Shown here one piece after another: positions 24,501 to 36,600 of a stretch of DNA of 64,000 nt. A program made the position numbers and the translations under genes. The notes below the pieces were generated by a model. That model searched no databases. It had not been told where the DNA came from and worked only from the letters and a program-made list of their open reading frames with translations. Each line of letters starts with the position of its first letter. The first letter of the stretch is position 1. Source of the stretch: Monocercomonoides exilis PA203 (lineage: Eukaryota; Protista; Preaxostyla); assembly GCA_001643675.2 (NCBI GenBank), contig LSRY02000033.1:1-64000 (forward strand), given 5' to 3'.

Positions 24501-26653
24501 AGTCGAGACGTCGGCTGAGGAGCAAATGGATCAAAGTCCTTTTCATCTGCATTGTCTTCTTCGTCTTCTTTTTCAGCCACATTTGAAGCAAAACTGTTGA
24601 ATTCGTTCTCATTTTCTGTTCTGCTTCCTTCTCTGCTGAATCCTCTTTCCCTCACTGAATCTTTTCTTTTGCTTTCTTTCTTCTTCTTCAAAATGGGCAA
24701 ATTTGCATATTTTGCTGTTATTTGTGATGTGAACAGAGATGCAACGTGCTGCTTGCACACTTCAAACAGATCAGACTGTGGAATAACAGGCACAATCACA
24801 CACCCATCAAACATCCACAACTGAAAAATAAGCGAATGAAATAAAAGTTTGAAAAAAAAATAGAAATAAGAATGAAAGACATGGCAGGTAAATTGGTATG
24901 TGAATAACATGTTAACATTGAAATTGCATTTGATTGAAGAAAAATACAAAGTTTATTATTTCCAAAAAAGAGTTCAGAAAAGAAAAAAGCGAAAATTTTA
25001 TTTTTTTCCAAAAACAAAAAACAACTTTCACACCTTTATCACAGCATCCCAGCCAGTCGAAGCAAAAAACACAGTATTTGAAATGTCTGCATCTCCATCG
25101 TTGCAGCACAACACAAACGGATTTCCCCTCTTTCTTTCTTCTTCTTTGTCTCTTTGCCTTTCTCTTTCTTCTTCTTCTCTAATTCTCTCATAACTTTCAC
25201 CTAATCTTCCACTCCTTTCCCTGCTGCGCTGACTTAACAGCCCATCTTCACTGAAGGTCTCTTCTGATTCCTCTTCTTCTGCCTCTCTTCTCTCTTTTTC
25301 CTTTTCCACTGCAAATCTTGCCTTTTTCATTATATCAGTGGCAAACGTGTCTGAAAAGGCAGAGCCAGGTGAAGGAGGAAGATGTGGAAGCAGAACAAGA
25401 GACGTAATGAAATCAGAGTGAGCTCCTTCGAACGAGCACACAAGCCGCAAATGTCGCAAATCGACAACCTTTACGAAAATAAAGAATGAAAAAAAAATTG
25501 TGAATATTTCAATAAGTCAAAATCCATCAAGAATTTAATAGACATAATGTTGAAAGACAGAATGAGAAGAACAGGTTAAAAAAAGAAAAAGAAATAAGAA
25601 AACTCAATTTAAGCTACATGAACAGCACAAGCAGCCCAAACCTTGATGGCCCTGTCCCATCCAGCGGTGATCACATATGGAGTTGAAGGGATGTTTAAAA
25701 TGCAGCTGATGGTATCAGTATGAAGATTCTGAAGTGAATGAAGAAGTTTGGGGGACGAGTCAAGAGACCACAACTAAATAGCACCACAGGAGGTTAAATG
25801 ATGTTTCATCAAAAAATTTAAGCATTTTAATTATTCAAATAACAAAGGAAAATAACCAACCTTAACAGTTTTATCTGAGGATGCACTGCATAAAATAACA
25901 TTAGCCAAAGCAGAAGATGAAGGAAATTGAGTGTCTTGTGATCTGCTTGCTGAAGATGACATTAATCGCCTTCCAAAATAACTTTGATTACAAAAGCATA
26001 TTGACTGAATTCGACCTTGATGGCTGCTTTCATCCATACCAATCCCAAACAATCGAACAGCAAGCTTATTTTTCATTTGTGAGTATCCTTGATGATTGAA
26101 TTTTTCTACGAGAGAAGATAAATATTCTTGTTTTTCATTCATAACTTTTGTTGACTGAGAAGGGCTTTCTGCCTGTGGTACAGAATTAGAAGATGTTGTA
26201 AGGGGAGGCAAAGAAGATGCATAGTTCAGCGATTTAACATATTCAAACACTTTCTTCTTTTCTTTGTAGGAAATACGCTTATAAGGTTGAAAAGCAGGAA
26301 GAGAAGTGATGCAATTTCCAGTTTCTGGGTCCCACAACTACAAATCATATTTATATAAAACAAACATATTTAAAACAATGACAAAAATAATCGAATACTT
26401 TAATCTCTGCGTTTGCAGAACCAGACACCAGAAATTTTTCAATTGATGATAAAGCAGTCACTTCTTCAGTATGAGCATTAATTGCTCGAGAAAGTGTTCC
26501 ACTTTTTATATTAATCAAATTCACTTGGCCACTCTCAAAACCTTCAGCAAGTAATTCGCTTGTTCCTCCAACAAGAGATAATTTTGTAATTTTTTTTGAT
26601 TCCTGATGCAGCAACTTTACTGTAGCTTTAATCCTCCATAAATTTTCCGACAT
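21551..26653 (-). CDS. WD40-repeat protein with large low-complexity insertions, 5 exons
   Basis: Exons 26653-26399, 26337-25861, 25773-25642, 25468-25034 and 24820-21551. WD repeats: AHTEEVTAL..FLVSGSANAEIKLWD; HQGRIQSI..LCSASSDKTVKLWS; HTDTISCI..VITAGWDRAIKVVD; AHSDFITSL..FASTGWDAVIKLW; HSAMVTSL..CSGSADGTVSLWS. Confidence 0.85.
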
Positions 26654-27360
26654 AGATGTGTATAGCACAAAATTTTATCTCAAATAATTATTCAACTTCC
26701 ACTTTTTCACCAAAATTAAAAACAATTGTTGTTTTACCCATATTTTCTCACTCTTACTCAGAATGATTTTCTTTGCATTAATGAATTTTTTTTGAATATA
26801 AATATTAGTATTTAATTTAACATATTTCTTTTTATTCATTGATATTCACGTTTTGAAATTGGTATTTCCAAACAATATCATTATATTCAAACATTCATCT
26901 GAAAATCTTGATTGATGATAACAGTTCTATTTTTGACTTAAAAGTGTTGATATAAATTTCAGCGATAACTTAACAAATAGTTTTATTTTTGAGAATAAGA
27001 AGAATAAAGAGATGATATTATAATTGTATTTCTTTAACCTTCACATGAAATCTTTTTTCTTTCAACTTTATATTTGTTCAATGAAAATTGAAATTTCAAT
27101 TGGGATTATTGTTTGCCTTTGATTCTTATGATCACATTATCCATTTCAAATAATGAAATAACAAAAAAGCATTGAGATTTTTCTTAAACCGAACCCAAAA
27201 ACCAGCTTCAAATTGAATGCCATGAACGAGTTTTTATTTCTGTTTCTATTTAGAGTTTTTATAAAACTCTTGCCTTTTCTTTCCAAACATATTCACGTTT
27301 AATGTGAATAAAAAACTCTTTTTGTTTTCTGGTTTCTGTGAATTCTAAAAAATATAGGAT

Positions 27361-28754
27361 ATGACTATCGCCAAACAATTCACAAGTTTGCAATCGTTGT
27401 CACATTTGAATCCTTGATTATTGGGCTTTTTTCTTTTTCTGTTTTTATTGAAGAATTGCTTTCTGAACTGGATGATTGCGATGAAGATGGTCAAAAACAG
27501 AAAATTGAAGAAATGGACATAATAATGAAAGTGATGGATAAAAAAGAATTTGAATCTGTAATTTCAGAAGAACTGTTCAATAAAATAGGTAAAATGATTG
27601 AAAATAAAATCATGACGATGGAAAGCGCCATTTTGCTGATGAAGCACATTGGGCATTGGAATGATCTGAAAGGAAATTTCGTTCAAACCTTTGATTATTC
27701 ATCATTGAACAAAAGAGTTCAAGAGATGATTGTTGAAGAAGATAAGAAAAAAGAAGAAAAGGATGAAAAGCTTCTTGTTGATCTTTGTGAATGTTATCTT
27801 TTATTCAACTCTTTCGCATCATCAGAAATGATATCTATTTGTATGCCTTGTCTCCTGAAAGTTGCGCTGAAGAAAGAGGAAAACATGGAAACACAAAAAG
27901 ACGTGGAAATGGCTTTGCTTGCGTTTGGCACTATTTGGTATTGTGTATGAGCACTTCTATTGTATTTTTCAATATTATTTCAATATTTTGTTTCTTTCTT
28001 GTTTTTGATAAGAAAACGGAGGAAGACCAATATTTGGATGAAATCAAAGAAATCATCCAATATCATAAAGAACATCGCAATCTCACTCAGCTTTCCTATC
28101 AATCTGCTTGGGAGTTATTGATAAACCAAATGTACTTTGATAGTAGTTTTGGAGGTTGTTGTGAATGAGCTGCATTTAGGAAGAGAAGCAGCAAGAGAAT
28201 TAGAAGCGCTATCAAAATGCATCAACTGGAAAAGACAAGAAAAAGAAAAAAAAGAACTTTTTGTTTTGATAAGATGGCTCGAAACGTTGGACTCTTTCTT
28301 TGATTCATGCAAGTTGTGGAATGAAGAATGTGCCGAGCTTGTCAGCCGCATCGAGAGGATGTTTTGGGTGGCAAGAGAAAACGATAGAATAATAAGCAAT
28401 AAATGCATTTGCGCGTTTGGAAGTGCAGCGTTGAACAGAACTGTAGAAATTGGCGACTTGTTGATTGAAGGTGTTGTTGGTGCTGTTTTGGAGGGAGTGC
28501 TGCAATCAAATGATGAATACTCACGAATTGACGTTTGCTTATTATTTTTCGAAAATGTTGCCGATAGATTGAAAGACAAGGAGGAAAAGGAGAGTGAGGA
28601 GGCAAAACGAAAAGAGATGAAGAGAAAGGTGTTTGAAAAGATGGAGGAAGAAGGATACGAAGATTGGGTGATGGGGCTGAGCTTTTGCATCGCTAAAGGA
28701 AGCCGAGATATATTTTTGATTGAAAGATATTCAGATCATTTTATTTATTTGTAA
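27361..28754 (+). pseudogene. Member of a helical, acidic, lineage-specific protein family; one frameshift (pseudogene or homopolymer error)
   Basis: ATG at 27361, introns 27386-27453 and 27945-28012. The reading YLDEIKEIIQYH.EHRNLT.L.YQSAW continues into LEVVVNELH only after removing one T from the run at 28147-28150. The pattern resembles an expanded family of oxymonad hypothetical proteins (from memory). Confidence 0.7.
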
Positions 28755-29077
28755 ATTGTCAAAATTTGAATTCGCTTCATGTTTGCTTTTCCACTCCATA
28801 TGCCATTGATCTGTTCATTCTTTCGACTGAGCAAAGGAGGGATTTTGATTTTCCTTTTTTTTTTTTTCTTTTTTGAATTGTTCATGTTTGCTGTTTGAGA
28901 TTAAATTATCCACAATGACTTGCAACATTGTCGAAGAAAATTGTTCTTTTTAATTCTGGAAACGATAAACAAAGAATTGGAAAAAAAAAAAATTGTTTTC
29001 ATTTTTATCACTTGTCATTTTTGAAACTGTCTGAAATATTTCAAATGACTCCAACAAAAAAAAAATATATTTAAATA

Positions 29078-29080
<3 letters not shown>

Positions 29081-29108
<28 letters not shown>
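29081..29108. repeat. (TAA)n microsatellite
   Basis: About 9 tandem TAA units between convergent genes. Confidence 0.9.
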
Positions 29109-30638
29109 CAATAAATAAATTGAACAATAAATAAGTCAAATTAAAAATACTTGTTGTGAACTTTCACACGCAATCAATAAGTGTTTGGGATTTCATGCAC
29201 CAATGCAAAACCACAACAGCATCTCATCCAGCCATTTTCAACAATCCAACCAAAGAAAGAAAAGAAAAAGAAAAAGAAAAGCAAATCAATAAAAAAGGAA
29301 GAAAGAAGAAAAGAAAAGAAAGAAAAGAAAAGATCAAACAGGACAAATCCGACTGTTGCTGCACAAATCGACGAGGCGCCTCAAAATACAACAAAAGCCA
29401 AAACTTTAGTCGCATAAAAGAAAACATAAAACAAAAAAGAAAGAACAAAATAAGTGAAAAAAGAAAAAGTGCGCGCATTTGTCAGGTGAGAAAGAAAGCT
29501 AGCAAGCAATCAGCGCGCTGCATGAATACACACAACTGCAACGCAAAACAACAAAACAACCAAACAACCAAACAAAGACGAGCTCAAAAGGAAATCTTCA
29601 ATAAATACATCTGAACAAAACAATAAAAAAAAAAAGGTTAAAATACTTTTCTTTTCTTTTCTTTTCTTTTCTTTTTTCTTTATTTCATGCCTTTTGCAGA
29701 TAGAATTTCGGAGTACATAATCGGAGCAGGAAGAAAGGCAACACAAAGCAAAGAAAAAGTGGATTTCGAGGTACAATATATCAAACATTTAATCCAACAA
29801 AAGAATTCAAAAAGTACTTACCATCAGAGAATACAGATCCGACTTTCAAAAAATAATACAAAACGAAAAAGAAAAAAATTATAAAAAAAATAATAAAAAA
29901 ACACATTGAAAAGACTGGGAAAATGAATAAAAAGAATGAAGATGAAAATACAAATCGAACAATCGGTACAAAGTACGATCGTCTCTGGTGTTGTTAATTA
30001 CGAGCAATCGCACAAGGATAGTGAACATGCAAAACAAAAACAAAAACAAAAAATAAAACAAAACAAAATAAAACTTTAAAAACCGAAATAAACGCAAAAT
30101 ATGACACAGATTATTCTTCAATAGCCTCAGATAGCATAGCAACAAGCGCCTTAAGAGGCTGAATAAGCCCACAGCTCCCTCCATTCACCCCAAAAACCAA
30201 AAGCCAAAAGTCAAAAAAACGAAAAACGAAAGACTAAGACAGAACAGTCTTTGCAGCAGCAATTAGAGAGGCATACGAATCTATCACACAGAAGAGCAGA
30301 ATAAAAAGCTTCGTTCCAAACAGAAACAGAACAACAAAACCAAATACAAATATAAATGCAAATACAAATACACAAAAAATAAAAAGAAAGGAAAGGAAGA
30401 TTTGCGCTGTTCACTTTCCAAACACAAGGAAGCATTGCTCGCAAACAAAACATTGAGTGAAAAGCAGAAGAATGAGCAGAGTTCGCTCTGTTCCATTTGC
30501 CTTTTCCCACACTCCGCCTCACTCTTCTGCACTCTTCCAAGCCTTTAACATTCGTCCTCCCAAAAAACTTGTGGTTTCTGTCCCATAACAATAACAGCCA
30601 TTCTGCCTCTTTCTGCCTCTTTCGCCAAAGCCCCCTGC

Positions 30639-33600
30639 CTATTCCTCTGTGTCTGTCTCTCTCCAGTTCAGCCACTCAAACCTTCCCTCATACACCCTCC
30701 ACACTCTCCGCCTGCTTCGGCCTTTGCTGCCTTTGCTGCCTTCTTTGTCTGAGATATCGCTGTCCTCTTCTTTTTTGTGATGTCCGTTACGACGCATCCC
30801 AACGAGGTTCAACAGACTCTGATGCTTAATCCAAACCACACTCGATATCATAAGCTTCTGGTCGTCCTTCATATACCCCTTCACATTCTTCATCTCTTCT
30901 TCCTCCAATTCCATCTTCTGCTTCTTCATCTGCATCTGCATCATCTTCAACATATTCGGAGCCAGAGCGGTTTTGTCTTCTCCCATTCCCCGCTGCTCCT
31001 TCCCCGCCTGTTCGTATCTCAGCGATTCAAAGAACACATTTATCATCCGCCGCCTTGAGCCTTTTATTCTCTCAGAAGATCTTTTTCCTCCTCTGCCTGC
31101 CTTCCTCTCTGTCTCCTCTTCTGCCTCCTCTTCTGCACAGCCCCGTGCATTCATAGGCGGAACAATAATCGGCGGAATCAGCAAAAACGGCACCATTTCT
31201 CTTGTCTCTCCCAAACGCCTCGTCAACCGCACTGTCTCTCCACACATTCTCCCGCTCTGCTTCTTTTCTGCTCTTTCGCCTGCCAAACACTCACATCCTC
31301 TCTCAAATTCCTTCTCAAGCATCAATTTTCCATCTTTCACTGCCTGCGCACTTCCACAGCCTGCAGCAACAGCGCCACCAGCTGAGCAAAGAGGTGCATT
31401 CGAACCTGTTGGCAAAAATTGATCAGTTTGTTGTGGCAGCAAACAACCACAACAAGAAGCAGAAGCAGAAGAAGAGGAGGAGGAAGAGGAGGAGGAAGAG
31501 GAGGAGGAAGAGGAGGAGGAAGAGGAGGAGGAAGAGGAGGAGGAAGAGGAAGAAGTTAAGCTCTTCAATTTAGGCAAAGCCGAAGGAAAAGGAAAAGGAC
31601 AAGGAATTCCCAACGGTCGCAGAAGAGGCGCTGAAGGCAAAGAAGCCGATGCCGACGGATGTTGCAAAGGAAATGATTGTGCAGTCTTCTGTTCTCTCTG
31701 CTGCTCCTCCACATACCCATCCCACGAAAGCGTGTGTGCCTCCAAAGCCAAATTCATCGCCTTCTCATCCTCTGCAAACGAGCCTGTGAACTCTTCCCCG
31801 TTGAACCCAAGCGCGTCACACGCAGCCAGCGGAACTCTCGTCGCAGGCGGAAACTTTGCATCTTCCAAACAGCATCCATCTTCGCTTCCTGCCTCTTCTT
31901 CGGTCAGACATCCCTCCCCGACTCCTTCCATCTGCATCAATTTCTTCATTATCTTCTTTTCTGCCTGTTGGATAGCTCCCCTCACCTGTTCGTTCGACCA
32001 CTGCACCCAACTCCCTTCCTCACCCCATTCCTCCATCTTCCCCATCTTCCCTATTCTCCTCCCAATCGCTCCCAAAACCTCCAGCTTGTCCTTCACCTCT
32101 CTCAGCTCCTCGTCCTCCGAGCATTCTCCGATCGCCTCTCTAAATTTCTTCATCATCTCCTCCTTCATTTCGCTCTCATCGTCTTCCCCATCCTCTTCTC
32201 TCCCCTCCTCTGCCTTCTCCGCCTTCTCTGCCTCCTCATCCCTCCACTCTGCCTTCAGCTCAGCGTCCTCTGCCACAAACAGGTCGTCTCCTTCCACCCG
32301 CCTCAGCCTCTCCAGCTGCCCAGACTTTATCCATGCCCTTGCACACATCCGCATCATCTCCCACGCCGTCACCTCTCCCATCGTTGCAACAGCCTCTGAG
32401 AATGCAATCACACGCACCCCACCCACTCGCGGTAAGCCAACCAGCAGCCGCCAAAACAGCTCGTGCAGAGAAAGCACGTCGCTCGGTATGTTCATCAGAG
32501 GCACAGCCCGTGCCTCGCACACTTCACTCATTTCACTCATTTTACTCATTTTACTCATATCGCCTGTTTTTCTCATATCACTCATATCACTCATATCACC
32601 CATTTTGCCCCTTTGCTGGATGCCCCATCCATCCCCAGGCAGCGTTGCGATGTCCACTCCATACACAAAATCGTGCATCTCGCTCGGGAACGGAAGCCTC
32701 TCCAAACGCGACACGCCCTCTCCCTTCGCATACTCCGCACTCTCCACATACTCTCGCATCAGCATGCCAACCTTTGCCGTTCGCAGAATCTGCCGCGTCG
32801 AATGCACCAGCAGCACATTCAGACGGTCTCCGCAGAAAACAATCGATCTCCTCCGCTCATCGTTCGGGCTCACCTCTGCAACTCTCATTTTTGCACTTCC
32901 TTTCCTGCTCGTTGACGCTGCCTTTGGCCCTTTCCTCGGTAATGAAGCAGATAAGCCTGCTGATGGAAGTGCTGATAGGCACGTTGAAGCTGCGCTTGGC
33001 TCAATGCCCATCCAGCTCTCATTCTCCAGTCTGGCCTGTTTGCGTGCTCCATGCCTCGGCCATCCACCTCCCTCCTCCGTCTTCTCCTCCTCCTCCTCCT
33101 CGGACCACTCCTGAACAGTCGTGGCATTCCAGTTCTCGTATGGTGTCCCTTCTGTGAAAGACCCCACTCCTTTCCCTTCAAAACTTTCTCCAGTCAAATC
33201 TGAAGCCAAGCCAGAAGGAAAAGCGCTACAAGAAGAAATCTGCTCAGCAACACCCAATGAAGCGCCTTCATTCAGCCCTGTCGAACGCATCTCTTCTTGC
33301 CCTCTGCAGCAGCACATTCCAGTTACACCCACGTTCTTGTTGCAACTTGCTGCCATGCTGCACACGCACTTCCCTTCAACTCCTCTGTTGCCTTTGTCAG
33401 TCTTTCTTTGTTTGTTCGGTTTCTTCTGTTTCTTCTGGCTGTTCTGCTCTTTGTTCCAGTCTGCCTCTAATCTCTTTTTCTTCCCTTCGTATTTCGACGT
33501 TTCCACCGCCTTCTTGCTCTTCGAATGCGCCCCCTCTTTGATGTTGCAGTGCGTGAACCACACAAACCCCTTCACTGTTTTGCTCCGCTTGTGGCACAAG

Positions 33601-36600
33601 TCTTCCTCTGCCATGAACAACGGCTCTTGCTCTCTCCTCTGCTCCCCACACGAGCACAAACTTCCTGAGCAGCAAAAGCACCCTTCTGAAGTGGCCAATC
33701 TCGAAGCAGAAGATAGTCCATTCTCTGGCAAAGCCCTTCTGTGTTCCTCTCTGCCTTCCCCAAACTCTGTCGGCTGCGAGTTCACCCAACGCATTGTCGC
33801 TGGAAACGAGAACGACAGCGGCACCGTCCTTCTGTTTATTTGCGTCATATGCTCCAACGCTATTGTCCTCGGCGCCATGGCTATCGACTTCTTCCCGTGG
33901 TATGTGCTGTTCTGTTGCGTCGTGTTCGTTGCTGAATATGATGACTTCATCCCATACTCCTCAGCCGGCGTCAGCGTGAACAGAGGCAGAAGCGCAGAGC
34001 CCACTGGAACTGGCAGAGAATAGAGCGAGGACACAACCATCCCGCACCGACACACTGAACACCTTCTTTTGGCTCTTCCTATTCCAATCGGTGACGGCTG
34101 TGCTGGCAATTGCAGCTGGCTGCCCAAAGGCGCTGGCATATAAAAACAAGGCCCGACCGGAGCAATCCCTGCTGCAACGCTCCTCGCTGTTTCATCCCTG
34201 CTTCTTCTGCTCCTCTCATCTTCATCCCACCTTCGCGATGCATCATTTATCGCACACGGCAGCGTTGGAGGCATCGGCAGAATTGGATGCTGCGATGTTT
34301 GCAGCAGGTGACAATCCTCTGGCCTGCCTGTTCCGCTGGCCAGATGCCGCAGCCCCAAATCAGCCTTCAAGACAGCCAGCTTCCTCACTCCATCAAACAG
34401 CGCCTCGTCCAAATGCCCTGCTCCTCCGCTGCCTCTGCTCAGCTCTGCCGGCTCTGCCCCACAGTCGCCAGACACCTTTGAATGGTGCTGGTCTTGCCCG
34501 ATGCTCGACTTAAATACACCGCCAAGCGAAGTGCACGAAGCAAGCATTGTCCAATCGCAAGACTCATCAAAGCCAGATGAGACAGATGAGACAGATGAGA
34601 CAGATGAGACAGATGAGACAGATGAAGAAGACGAAACGTAACCTGAGTCCGAAGTTGTCTTCTCTGCTGTTTGCAATGCCTTTGCAGAATTCGCTGGGAA
34701 AGAAGGTGCTGAATAACTGCAAGACTTTTTGCAGCAAAATACAATCGCAGACTGTTCAATTCCTCTCACATCTGATTCACTTGGCAGATGAGCCGCTCCC
34801 AGCCCTGTCTTCTGAGCATCCCCTTCTTCTGATGCGCTGCTGAGATTGCTCTGTGAATCTGAATGTCTCTTGCCGTTCTCCTTTTCTGTAGAAGCGCTTC
34901 CAAAAGTGCTTTCTTGTTGCGCCTCATCAAAAGAACCCATCTCAGTGCTCTGAATGTTCTTTCCGCTCTCTGTTGTCTCCTGAGCACAAGGAATTGCATC
35001 GCCAAATTCTGCTTCCTTGCTGTTTTGCTCAAGCTCTTCGCTGCTTCTCTCTTTCTGCATTCTTCTCTTCGTCTTCTGTGTCTTCGTCTTTGTCTTTGTC
35101 TTCACTCTCCCGTGGCAGTTCCGTTTCCATCCCCTCTGGTCGCATGCTCTTCTGCCGCTCCCATCTTCACTTTCTTCTTCTTCTTCTTCTTCTTCTTCCA
35201 CATAATCTTCGTCCCACTCGCAACTCTGTTCACTCTCATCCTCACTCAAACTTTCTTCCTGCCAATTTTCTTCCTCACACTCTTCTCTTCCTTCACTTTT
35301 TGCCCTCTTCTTCCTCTCCTTCTGCTGCTCCTCCCTCCTGACTTTCAATCCTGTGTTTTTCCTCCTCTTCATTTTCTTCTTCTCCTTTGATGTTATTGCT
35401 GTTGCAATTGTTTTCTTTTTCTTCTTCTCTCTCAAATTCCTTTCTCCCTTCAGTTCGCATTCGCCCCTCTCTCCGTTCTTCCACATGTTTCTTGACGCTT
35501 CTCTGTTTTCCATCAACCGCTTTACAAAAGTTCCTCGTTTGCATTTGGCAAGCATATCCTTCATGCATCCCTCAAAACTCCACCCATCCCCGTCTCCATC
35601 TCCATCTCGATCGCTCAATCCCTTTCCCTCGCTTCCACTTTCCTTCCTTTCGCTGCTGCTGCTCTTCCGCCGTCTCCTCTCCTCCCTCTTCCAATTCTCT
35701 TCTCTCAAGTAACTCTTTCGCTCCCAATCAGCATCTCTCTCCAATCTGCGCCCTCTTTCTTTTTCTTTTTTCTCTTCCTCATCCTCCTCATTCTCTTCCT
35801 CATTTTCCTTCTCTCCTTCGTGTGTATCTTCCAATCTCTCTGTTCCATCAATTAAATCTGATGACCCTCTATCCCCTGCTTTCCTCTCATTTTTGCTCAT
35901 TTTTCCCCCTTCTCTTTCTCTTTCTCTTTCATCGCCTTGCGTTCTTTGTCTTTTGTTTTCTGCCCCAAAGTTGCCTTCAGCTTGCTCCATCTGTGGAATC
36001 AATGGACTTTGCCTCAATTCCCCTCTTCTCTGCCCCAACAGCCCATTTGCTCTCCCAAAATGCACGTAATCTTCCTGGCTCTCTCTTTCAGTTCCTGCGG
36101 CTTCAGATTCTTTCCAGCTGCTTTCTTCTTCTCCAGCGCTTTCACTTACCCAAAATATTCCCTGCTCCTCCCCAGCATCCTCAGCAGACTCGCTCTCTTC
36201 TGTCCCACTGGAGCCTAAAAGAACGGATTCTTCCTCTGCTCCCTCCACTCCCTCCCCATTCTCACCTTCTGCCTGCCCAGCAAGCTTCAGCATTCTGCTG
36301 CCTATCCCAGCACCCCTCGACACGCGAAGTGGTCCAGGGAATGCTAATACGAAATTTGAGCTAAAAGGAGGCTCTTCTGGGAACAGCAAAGAATTATATT
36401 GCATTCCCCCAATTCTTTCTCTGTTTTCTTCTCTTTCCTCTCTTTCTTCCTTCTGATCTGCTTTTCTATCATCATCAAGCCCATCGCGTATATGACATGT
36501 CTGCACCACCCGCGCACCCCTCCCTCCTTCAGCACCTTCAAAGCAGAACCTTTCTCTGTCTTCTTGCTCCTCAATTGTTTTGTCTCCATATGCCCATTTT

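Noticed and set aside
31732-34023. Long antisense ORFs (460 aa, 300 aa) and similar ones at 18565..19554 and 62050..62958
   Set aside because: These are shadows of GAA/TCT-rich coding strands that lack antisense stops. They have no independent motifs.
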